In this document: positions 38,015-45,412 of the stretch, one piece after another
Position numbering within the stretch: the stretch's first letter is position 1
Layout: the number at the start of each line of letters is the position of its first letter
Assembly: GCA_036495305.1 (NCBI GenBank)
Contig: DASXNB010000004.1
Location: forward strand, 1,690 to 65,689
Source of the DNA: Solirubrobacteraceae bacterium
GTDB taxonomy: Bacteria > Actinomycetota > Thermoleophilia > Solirubrobacterales > Solirubrobacteraceae
Length of the DNA stretch: 64,000 nt
Reading direction: 5' to 3'
Notes under the pieces: generated by a model
Database searches by the model: none
What the model was told of the DNA's origin: nothing
What the model saw: only the letters and a program-made list of their open reading frames with translations
Made by a program: the position numbers and the translations under genes

Positions 38015-39882
38015 GCACGCTCAATAGAGACCTACGCGTTCGGCTCGTGGCGATGGTCGCCGCCGGGTTGCTGATTGCACTGTGCGCGGCCGCGCCGGCC
38101 TCGGCGGCCGTGCCTGTGGTGACGACGGGCGTGGCCAGCGAAGTGATGGCTTCGAGCATGAAGGTCTGTGGAACGGTGAACCCCGAAGGCGAAAGCACCA
38201 CTTACCACTTCAATTACGAACACTACGAAAATGGATGGCAGCTGGAAAAGAGCGCGCCGGCGTCGGCGGGCGCGGGGACGGCGGCTAACGAAGTCTGCGT
38301 CGCGCTCTCGGGCTTGATGCCGCAAACCAAATACTGGTATCGTATCGTCGCTGAAAACGGATCGGGCGAATCGCTTGGAGAAGAACTGAGCCAACAGACC
38401 CCGGCTGCCGTCGAAGGATTGGCGACCGAACCGCCCACCAACCTGACACGTCTCGGCGCGACGAGCAGCGTTACGCTGAATGGCGTTCTCGCTCCAAACG
38501 GGCACGACACGCATTATTATTTCGAATATGCAAAAGGTATCTACGTCCCTGTCAAAGGGGTCAAAAACGAAATAGCGCCTGCGCTGCCCGGTGGGGATGC
38601 GGGCGAAGAAAGCAAACTCGTACACGTGTCTGCGACCGTCGAAATACCGACCAACGTCGAATTTTCGTACATGCTTGTGGGTGTCAATCAATTCGGCGCC
38701 ACCTACGGCTCCGAACAGAGGGTGTTTGTGCCGGCGGTGGAGGGCGTGCAAACCCTCTCACCGACAGAACTGACCGCGAGCAGCGCCGTTCTGAACGGCA
38801 CGCTCGAACCGAATGGCTTCGATGCCCACTGGCAGTTCGTGTGTGTGGCGCCCGAAGCCGCGGCGCCAAGCGTGGCGGCGGACGCGGGATCGGCGAGCGG
38901 CCCGGTGGCGGTGAACGCGAGATTGACGCAGCTGTCGAACGGCGACCCGCTCGAGGGAAACACTAAAATGTCTTGCAGCCTGGTTGCCTCCGACTCGCTT
39001 GGTTCCAACGAAGGTGCATTGGTGAAATTCACCACCCCGGCGGCGGCCCCTCTGATCGAAAACGGTGCGCAACCGGGAGTTACCACGACGACCGCGGGCG
39101 TTCACTCCAACATTCAGACAGAGAACGAACCCACCGCGCTTTGGGTCGAATACGTGGACGCCGCGGGATACGACGCCACGGCCGCGAATCCGTATGAAGC
39201 GGGCGGAAAGACCGTCGCCGCTCATCTGGAAGCGACGCCTTACGTAGTGCGCAATGCGACGCGCGGCATCGTGGGACTGTCTGCGGCCACGGCCTACCAT
39301 TACCGTTTCGTCGCCGAAAACGCCACAGGCGTCACGTACGGGTCGGATGTCACGTTTACGACGGCGCCATTGAGTCCTCCGATGGTGACTACCGGCGCCG
39401 CGAGCGGTGTCTCGGCAACGGGTGGGACGATTTCCGGCACGGTCAACCCGGAGAGCCTGAAGACAAGTTACGAGTTCCAGATCGGTGAGACGAGCAGTTA
39501 CGGCGGTGCCGAAATATTCGGCGACGCCGGCGAAGCGGGTGGCGACGAAGCGGTCTCAACGACCCTGAGCTATCTCGTACCGGGCATGACGTACCACTAT
39601 CGCCTCCTTGCCACTAACGCCGACGGTACGACGTATGGGCCGGACATGGTTTTCACGACCCCGAATGTCCCCTCGCCGATAGGACAACCTGTGCCGACTC
39701 CGCTCCTGGCGTTTGCGCCGGCTGTCTTCCCGGTGGAACCAAAAACGCCCGCGACGCAGCCTCGGCACAAGGTCAAGGCCAAGACCAAAGGCAAGAGCAA
39801 GGCGAAGCACAAGAAGAAGGCGGTGGGCAAGAAGCAAGGTAAGAAAGCCGTCCGCAAAGGCCAGCGCAAGAAGAAGAAATGA
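38011..39882 (+). CDS. Secreted protein with five FN3/Ig-like repeats and a poly-Lys tail
   Basis: ATGA overlap with the upstream gene; signal peptide ...CAAAPASA. Repeats carry VNPEG..T.Y.F.Y ... Y(H/W)YR.VA.N ... FTT. 22 of the last 40 residues are K/R. Confidence 0.75.
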   Translation: MSTLNRDLRVRLVAMVAAGLLIALCAAAPASAAVPVVTTGVASEVMASSMKVCGTVNPEGESTTYHFNYEHYENGWQLEKSAPASAGAGTAANEVCVALSGLMPQTKYWYRIVAENGSGESLGEELSQQTPAAVEGLATEPPTNLTRLGATSSVTLNGVLAPNGHDTHYYFEYAKGIYVPVKGVKNEIAPALPGGDAGEESKLVHVSATVEIPTNVEFSYMLVGVNQFGATYGSEQRVFVPAVEGVQTLSPTELTASSAVLNGTLEPNGFDAHWQFVCVAPEAAAPSVAADAGSASGPVAVNARLTQLSNGDPLEGNTKMSCSLVASDSLGSNEGALVKFTTPAAAPLIENGAQPGVTTTTAGVHSNIQTENEPTALWVEYVDAAGYDATAANPYEAGGKTVAAHLEATPYVVRNATRGIVGLSAATAYHYRFVAENATGVTYGSDVTFTTAPLSPPMVTTGAASGVSATGGTISGTVNPESLKTSYEFQIGETSSYGGAEIFGDAGEAGGDEAVSTTLSYLVPGMTYHYRLLATNADGTTYGPDMVFTTPNVPSPIGQPVPTPLLAFAPAVFPVEPKTPATQPRHKVKAKTKGKSKAKHKKKAVGKKQGKKAVRKGQRKKKK

Positions 39883-39899
39883 GATGTCCACAGGTCGAG

Positions 39900-39925
39900 G
39901 GGCACAATCCTGCACGGCTGTGCCC
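39900..39925 (+). terminator. Weak hairpin after the operon
   Basis: GGGCACA - 12 nt - TGTGCCC; no U tract. Confidence 0.25.
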
Positions 39926-39972
39926 GACGCACTGAGGTTCCGTTGGGAAGGGTCGCGGAGGGAGAGGGCGAG

Positions 39973-41073
39973 ATGACAGTTCATTCGCCCCCACACGGAC
40001 GTGAAGGTGGTGCGGCGGTGCGTCCCCGCCGCGGCGACACGGCCCGCGAGGGCGCGCACGTCGCCGCGATGCAGCGTCGGCGCCTGCTGCACGCGTTCTG
40101 CGAGATCGTCGGCGAGTCGGGACTGGAGCGGGCGGGGATCGGGCGTGTGTGCAAGCGCGCCGGCGTGTCGAGGCGCACCTTCTACGACCTCTTCGAAGAC
40201 CGCGAAGCGTGCTTCCTCGCCGCGCTCGACGGTGCTTTCGAGCGAATGGCGGCGTTCGTGCGCGACGCGTGCGACGGCGAATTGACGTGGGAAGAGCGCA
40301 TTAACCACGCCACGGATGCACTACTCACGCTGTTCGACCGCGATCGCGCGACCGCGCGTATGTGCGTAGTGGAGACGCTCAGGGGCGGCCCGCGGGCGCT
40401 CGACCGCCGCGCTTCGGCCCTCGCGATGCTCGCGAGGGCGGTCGATGAGGGTCGCGAGGTTGCGGCGCGAGAAGGGATGGGCGCGCCGTCGCCGCTCACC
40501 GCGGAAAGCGTGGTGGGGGGCGCGCTGTCAGTGATCCACACCCGTTTGCTCGACCGCGCCGACGCTCCGCTCTCGCCGCTCGCGGAACCGCTTGCGGAGA
40601 TGATCGTGCGTCCGTATCTCGGCGCCCGCGTTGGCTCGGTGGGTGCAAATGGACGGCGCCCGACGGGTACCACGCGACTCGCGAAGGGGAGGCGACGTGC
40701 GCAAGAGAGGCGTCGAGGGGAGGACGGCGCGCAACGGGCTGGAGCGGCGGACGTACCCGATGTAGGCGCTCCAGTCGGGAGCAGGCCCGCGGTGGACGAC
40801 ACGTCGTTGAGCCTGTTCGACAACCTGGCGATTCGCGTCACGTACCGCACCGCCATGGTGATCGCGACTATCGCCGAGAACCCTGGCGCGAGCAGCCGAT
40901 CGGTGGGCGAGCGGGCCGGGATAGCCGACCAAGGGCAGGCGTCGAAGCTGCTGCGTCGCCTGTGTCGTCACGGGTTGATCGAGCACCAGCTGGAGGCGCG
41001 CGGGAGGGGCGAGGCGTACGCGTGGGCTCTCACCGACCGCGGGCGGGCGGTACACGAGACGCTCTCGACTTAG
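39973..41073 (+). CDS. Transcriptional regulator, TetR-type N-terminal HTH fused to a C-terminal MarR-like winged helix
   Basis: TetR signature GIGRVCKRAGVSRRTFYDLFEDREACF. The C-terminal 90 aa, ATIAENPGASSRSVGERAGIADQGQASKLLRRLCRHGLIE...YAWALTDRG, look like a wHTH. ATG 39973 follows GGAGGGAGAGGG. Confidence 0.65.
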   Translation: MTVHSPPHGREGGAAVRPRRGDTAREGAHVAAMQRRRLLHAFCEIVGESGLERAGIGRVCKRAGVSRRTFYDLFEDREACFLAALDGAFERMAAFVRDACDGELTWEERINHATDALLTLFDRDRATARMCVVETLRGGPRALDRRASALAMLARAVDEGREVAAREGMGAPSPLTAESVVGGALSVIHTRLLDRADAPLSPLAEPLAEMIVRPYLGARVGSVGANGRRPTGTTRLAKGRRRAQERRRGEDGAQRAGAADVPDVGAPVGSRPAVDDTSLSLFDNLAIRVTYRTAMVIATIAENPGASSRSVGERAGIADQGQASKLLRRLCRHGLIEHQLEARGRGEAYAWALTDRGRAVHETLST

Positions 41074-41102
41074 GCTACGAGGGAGCGGTACAGCCGCCTG
41101 GC

Positions 41103-41981
41103 TCAGCTCGCCAGCAGGAACTCAGCCACCCGGTCGATCGCGTCCGGGCGGTCAAACCACCACCAGTGCCCAGCGTCGGGCAGCTCGAGCAACTCGCTGT
41201 TCGGCAGCGCCTTCGCGTACTCGGCGGCGAAGTGTGGGGGAATGTAGGGGTCGGCCATCCCCCACACCACGAGTGAGGGCATGGTGAGCAGCGAGAGGCG
41301 CTCGCCCGCCTTCGCCAGCACCTCGCTGGGGGAGCTACGGTAGAGGCGGAGGATGGCCCGCTGGGTGCCCTGGTCGAAGTGGTCGAGGACCGTGTCCAAC
41401 CAGGTCTCGGGCATCGGACCGGGCTTGAAGTTGCCCTCACGTGAGGTGAACCGCAAGATCGGGCGGGCGGTGGCGCCCATGACCAGCTCCCCCAATCCGG
41501 GGGTGCGCCAGGCGCGGGCGGTGCGGTGCCAGTCATATCCGGGGAGGAACGTGACGGCGTTGGTGACCACCAGCCGCTCAATCCGCTCCGGGTGGGCTTG
41601 TGCGAAGGCGAGACCCACGGCACCCCAGTCGTGCACCAGCATCCTGACCTTCTCCACTTCCACCATGTCGAGAAACCGCTCGATGAAGGCGGAGTACTCC
41701 TCGATCGTGTACTTCAGGTACCCCGGCTTGCCTGAGCGCCCGAAGCCGGGCAGGTCGGGCGCAAGGCCACCGGTGCGCTCTAGAAAGCCCGGCCCATAAG
41801 GCGGAGGTTCAACCCACTGATCTGAGGGGCGCTTTGCCCGCCACCAACGTCGCCACCACGAGCGCGTGGCGTGGCGCTCGCGAGGAGAGATCCAGTCGTC
41901 GGAGTTGGTCGGCACGCCGTGCAGGTACAGCGCGGGCGCGGCCGGCCCTTCCGTGGGGGCGCTGCGCCAGAAGACGGGCAT
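41103..41981 (-). CDS. Alpha/beta hydrolase (haloalkane dehalogenase-like fold)
   Basis: LHGVPTNSDDW, PDLPGFGRS, nucleophile elbow VHDWGA, C-terminal GHWWWFDRP. Start set to ATG 41981 to avoid overlapping the divergent gene. Contains a W/R-rich insertion. Confidence 0.75.
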   Translation of the reverse strand: MPVFWRSAPTEGPAAPALYLHGVPTNSDDWISPRERHATRSWWRRWWRAKRPSDQWVEPPPYGPGFLERTGGLAPDLPGFGRSGKPGYLKYTIEEYSAFIERFLDMVEVEKVRMLVHDWGAVGLAFAQAHPERIERLVVTNAVTFLPGYDWHRTARAWRTPGLGELVMGATARPILRFTSREGNFKPGPMPETWLDTVLDHFDQGTQRAILRLYRSSPSEVLAKAGERLSLLTMPSLVVWGMADPYIPPHFAAEYAKALPNSELLELPDAGHWWWFDRPDAIDRVAEFLLAS

Positions 41982-42065
41982 GCCACCGCGTGCCCCGGAT
42001 GGGGTATCGATCTCGGCGGTGTTGTCGGTGGGCGACGGCACGCGGCGAGGATATAGCGTGGGCGT

Positions 42066-42878
42066 GTGCCCCACGCCTGGAAGCGCCCCACCCGTGCGCG
42101 CGTGCTTCGCATCCGCGACCGCTTGCGCGAGGTGTACGGCATCCCCCGTATGACCCCCCACGGGCGGCCGCTCGATGAGTTGATCCTGACGGTGCTCTCC
42201 CAGAGCACGAACGATCGCAACCGCGATGTCGCCTTCCTGCGTCTGCGCGAGCGCTTCGCCTCACCCGGCGGGCCGATGGATTACGCCGCCATGCTCGCGG
42301 CGCCCGTCGCCGAGGTGGAGGAGGCGATCCGCCCAGGAGGGATCTCCAAGGTGAAGTCGGCGCGCATCCAGGCGATCCTCGCCGCGATCGCCGGCACCCC
42401 TCCGCCGGGAGCCGGTGTCGCGGATGAGGCTCCCCCGCGGGATGCCTCGCCAAGCCGTGCGGGCGCATCTTGCGCGAAGGAGCCGCTGTCGCTCGAATGG
42501 ATGCGCGATGCTCCGATCGAGCAGAGCCGCGCCTACCTGTGTGCCCTGCCGGGTGTCGGGCGCAAGACGGCGGCGTGCGTGCTCCTGTTCTCCTTCGGCC
42601 TCCCCGACATTCCCGTGGACACGCACGTCTCGCGTGTGGGCACGCGATTGGGTCTGTTTCGTGAGGGCGCTCCCTTCGAGGAGCTGCACGATCAGATGCT
42701 CGCCATCACCCCACCCGGCGAGGAGCTCGAGTTCCACGTGAACCTCCTGCGCCACGGCCGTCGAACCTGCCACGCCCGCACCCCCGCCTGCGGCGAGTGC
42801 GCGCTGGCGCGGATGTGCCCGAGTCGAGGCCTCTTCACGTCGGTGGCAGTCGCGGCCCGCGACAGGGCGGGGGCTTGA
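42066..42878 (+). CDS. nth: Endonuclease III-like HhH-GPD DNA glycosylase
   Basis: LSQSTNDRN, HhH LPGVGRKTAACVLLF, VDTHV, and the 4Fe-4S cluster loop C-x6-C-x2-C-x5-C at the C-terminus. Confidence 0.8.
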   Translation: MPHAWKRPTRARVLRIRDRLREVYGIPRMTPHGRPLDELILTVLSQSTNDRNRDVAFLRLRERFASPGGPMDYAAMLAAPVAEVEEAIRPGGISKVKSARIQAILAAIAGTPPPGAGVADEAPPRDASPSRAGASCAKEPLSLEWMRDAPIEQSRAYLCALPGVGRKTAACVLLFSFGLPDIPVDTHVSRVGTRLGLFREGAPFEELHDQMLAITPPGEELEFHVNLLRHGRRTCHARTPACGECALARMCPSRGLFTSVAVAARDRAGA

Positions 42879-42920
42879 CTTATCGTCTCAGCGGCATTCG
42901 CGGCTCGGCGCTGGGCGGGC

Positions 42921-43337
42921 TCACGATGGCTCCGGTAGCAGTTGCAGCGCCATGCAGTGTGCGGGCCTGATCGTGTGGAAGTGGCGATGGTCGAGCGTGG
43001 CGAGCTTGTGCTCGTCAAGCATCTCGGTTGCCGCCACCACGGAGGCGTCCACGAGTCCAAGGGAGAGGTCGCGGTAGGTGTCAAGCAGCTCACCAGCGCG
43101 TGCCAGCCAGCGCTTCGGGAGATCGAGCAACTCCAAGGAGCCGCTTGCGAACTCTTCCAGCAGCGCCGCAAAAGCGCGCGGCCAGGGTCGCAGCATGTAC
43201 TCCACCTCGACCAGTACGCAAACCGGCACGATGCGCCGCTCTGCGCTGTTCTGAATCAGTTCGACGCAGCGCTTGTGGTCTGGATCTGTCGCATCCAGCA
43301 GTGCGACGAGCGGACCCGTGTCGAGGATCAGCGCCAT
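42921..43337 (-). CDS. vapC: PIN-domain toxin
   Basis: MALILDTGPLVALLD with acidic residues spaced as in PIN domains. Overlaps the upstream antitoxin gene. Confidence 0.8.
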   Translation of the reverse strand: MALILDTGPLVALLDATDPDHKRCVELIQNSAERRIVPVCVLVEVEYMLRPWPRAFAALLEEFASGSLELLDLPKRWLARAGELLDTYRDLSLGLVDASVVAATEMLDEHKLATLDHRHFHTIRPAHCMALQLLPEPS

Positions 43338-43549
43338 ACGTCAGGCTCATAGGTTCTCCCGCGCGCTTGACCAGCAGTGCTTATCACCCCGACGCAAGAG
43401 AGCTTGGCCGGTGGCGCGGTGTTGAGCGCAAGCTCCCGCTCGAGCGCTTCCCGCACAAGTTGGGGGAAAGTCACTCGGCGCTCCCGCGCCGCTTGATGGG
43501 CACGATCGAGCAGGCCTCGATCCGCCTGGATCATCACACGTTGCATCAT
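43328..43549 (-). CDS. vapB: Ribbon-helix-helix antitoxin
   Basis: MMQRVMIQADRGLLDRAHQAARERRVTFPQLVREALEREL resembles a CopG/RHH fold. 10-nt overlap with vapC. Confidence 0.7.
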   Translation of the reverse strand: MMQRVMIQADRGLLDRAHQAARERRVTFPQLVREALERELALNTAPPAKLSCVGVISTAGQARGRTYEPDVWR

Positions 43550-43565
43550 GCTAGCAATGCTAGCA
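43548..43565. promoter_or_regulatory. Tandem 9-bp repeat ATGCTAGCA x2 (each with a GCTAGC palindrome) at the vapB start
   Basis: Read directly from the sequence; typical position for a TA autoregulatory operator. Confidence 0.4.
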
Positions 43566-43694
43566 GCAGGCAAGCGGTCGGTTCTGAGGGCTTCAGATCG
43601 GAGCATGGTCCTTTCCCTATTCCGACAGATCCCCGGTAAAGGGGACACTCGCGGCGGGCGCGATCATCGTCGAGCAATACTCGGTGGGCGTGGC

Positions 43695-44369
43695 TCAACC
43701 GTGCGGGATCACTGCGAAGGCGATCACCGCGTACTGCAGCGCCGCCGCGGCGATCACGAGCGCGTGGAAGATCTCGTGATACCCGAACACCTTCGGCCAG
43801 GGGTTGGGGCGCTCGCTGGCGTACACCACCGCCCCCAGGACATAAAGCAGCCCACCCAGCGCGAGCCCGGCCACGCCGAGCCACCCGATCGAGGCGGGCA
43901 GCTCGCCGAACACCGCCGCAGACACCAAGCCGAGCGCAACATACACGGCGGCGAACACCCACTTCGGGCCGTCGATCCACAAGAGCTTGAACACCACCCC
44001 GCCGAGCGCCCCCGCCCACAGCACGATCAGGATCGTGATGGAAAGCGATCCTTTCAGGGCGAGTAGCGCCACCGGTGTGTAGGTGCCGGCGATCAGCACG
44101 AAGATCATCGAGTGATCGAGTCGTCGCATCCAGCGCCGCGCGGCCGGTCGCCAGGTGACGCGGTGGTAGAGCGCGCTGGTGCCAAACAGCGCCGACACCG
44201 CCGCTGCGTAAATACTCGCCGCCAGGCGAGCCCGTCCGTCTGACGCCGCCAGGATCAAAGCCACACCGCAGCCGAGCGACGCGAAGAAGGCGTACTGATG
44301 CGAGACGCCACGCAGCTTGGGCTTGACGGGTCCCTCCGTCGATTTCGACGGTGGCTTCACCACGGTCAT
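43695..44369 (-). CDS. Hemolysin III / PAQR family channel protein
   Basis: Seven TM segments; SHQYAFF, LYHR, FGYHEIFHALV. Confidence 0.85.
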   Translation of the reverse strand: MTVVKPPSKSTEGPVKPKLRGVSHQYAFFASLGCGVALILAASDGRARLAASIYAAAVSALFGTSALYHRVTWRPAARRWMRRLDHSMIFVLIAGTYTPVALLALKGSLSITILIVLWAGALGGVVFKLLWIDGPKWVFAAVYVALGLVSAAVFGELPASIGWLGVAGLALGGLLYVLGAVVYASERPNPWPKVFGYHEIFHALVIAAAALQYAVIAFAVIPHG

Positions 44370-44396
44370 CGTCTGACGGTAGCGCTTCTGGAGGCG

Positions 44397-45344
44397 CTAA
44401 ACGCCTGGGACGCCGGTAGCCGGCGTGGCGCTTGCGAGCTTCTCGCGCTCGCGCTCGGGGGTCACTCGCACGACATCCCAGGCGAGCCTCACCCGAGCCA
44501 TGCCGAGGATCAGCCAACCCGATGGGTCGAGCTCCCACCAGCGCAGTCCGTGAAATGCCGAACGGGGGAAGGCGTGATGGTTGTGATGCCACGCCTCCCC
44601 AAGCGAGGGGAGTGCCAGCCAGAACACATTCGTGGAGTGGTCCTCAACGGCGAATCTCCGGCTGCCGAAGAAGTGGCAGATCGAGTTGATGCTCCACGTG
44701 ACGTGGTGCACGAAGAAGATCCTGACAAGCCCTCCCCACAGCAGCGCGCTCAGCGCGGCCGCGAGTAAGCCTCCGCTCAAGCCCAACCCCAGCAGGAAGG
44801 GGATCGCCAGGCTGTAGAGCGCGATCAACGGGAACGCCTTGTTGATACGTCGCATCCCCCTGTCTTCGAGCAGGTCGGGGGCGAACCGTTTCGAGGAGGC
44901 TTGCCCGTGCGTTGAGAACAGCCAGCCGGTGTGTGCGTGCCACAGGCCACACACCATCCCGCTGACACCGGCCCCCTGGCCGGCGTGGGGGCTGTGCGGG
45001 TCGCCCTCCTCGTCGGTGAACGTGTGGTGCTTGCGGTGGTCTGCCACCCAGTCGATCACCGGCCCCTGTACAGCCATCTCGCCGAGCACCGCGAGCGTAT
45101 ATCTCATCCACGCGTGTGTTTGGAACGCCCGGTGGGTAAGGAGCCTGTGGAAGCCCACGGTGATCCCGATCGCCGTGGCCATGTACATCACCGCCATGAT
45201 CGCCAGATCGAGGGGGCTGAGAAAGCTGTCCCACAGCAACACACCGCCCGCGATGACGCCGAGGAACGGCAGCACCACGGCCGCGATGTTCACGTTGCGC
45301 TCGACGCGGGTCACTCGCCTGGAGTTACCCAGACCTGTCCCCAA
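44397..45344 (-). CDS. Acyl-CoA (stearoyl) delta-9 desaturase-type fatty acid desaturase
   Basis: Three His boxes: HRLLTH, HRKHH, HNNHHAF. Confidence 0.88.
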   Translation of the reverse strand: MGTGLGNSRRVTRVERNVNIAAVVLPFLGVIAGGVLLWDSFLSPLDLAIMAVMYMATAIGITVGFHRLLTHRAFQTHAWMRYTLAVLGEMAVQGPVIDWVADHRKHHTFTDEEGDPHSPHAGQGAGVSGMVCGLWHAHTGWLFSTHGQASSKRFAPDLLEDRGMRRINKAFPLIALYSLAIPFLLGLGLSGGLLAAALSALLWGGLVRIFFVHHVTWSINSICHFFGSRRFAVEDHSTNVFWLALPSLGEAWHHNHHAFPRSAFHGLRWWELDPSGWLILGMARVRLAWDVVRVTPEREREKLASATPATGVPGV

Positions 45345-45353
45345 TCGTTACTC

Positions 45354-45366
45354 GCAGATAATCTGC
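45354..45366. promoter_or_regulatory. Palindrome GCAGAT-A-ATCTGC abutting a TATTAT -10-like hexamer upstream of dnaK
   Basis: Lies in the 68-bp AT-richer divergent region between the desaturase gene and dnaK. Confidence 0.3.
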
Positions 45367-45412
45367 TATTATCCGACTTAGATTTGATCGCAACAACTGA
45401 AGGAGCATCCTC

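Noticed and set aside
32278-41073. Classical genomic island or prophage interpretation of the low-GC block.
   Set aside because: There are no integrase, transposase, phage genes, tRNA or direct-repeat boundaries within or next to it. The compositional deviation alone supports foreign origin, or strong amino-acid/codon bias, but not a mobile element call.
41800-41900. W/R-rich insertion (RSWWRRWWRAKRPSDQW) in the alpha/beta hydrolase as another mobile mini-element.
   Set aside because: It has no DNA similarity to the GTPHDGGQ element or to any other segment of the window, so it is treated as a lineage-specific loop. The same applies to the low-complexity inserts in tkt, pdhA, purD, purQ, nth and clpB.
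45345-45412. Canonical HAIR (CTTGAGT-N7-ACTCAAG) or CIRCE (TTAGCACTC-N9-GAGTGCTAA) upstream of dnaK.
   Set aside because: Neither consensus is present by eye. Only an unrelated 13-bp palindrome was found, and that is reported separately at low confidence.
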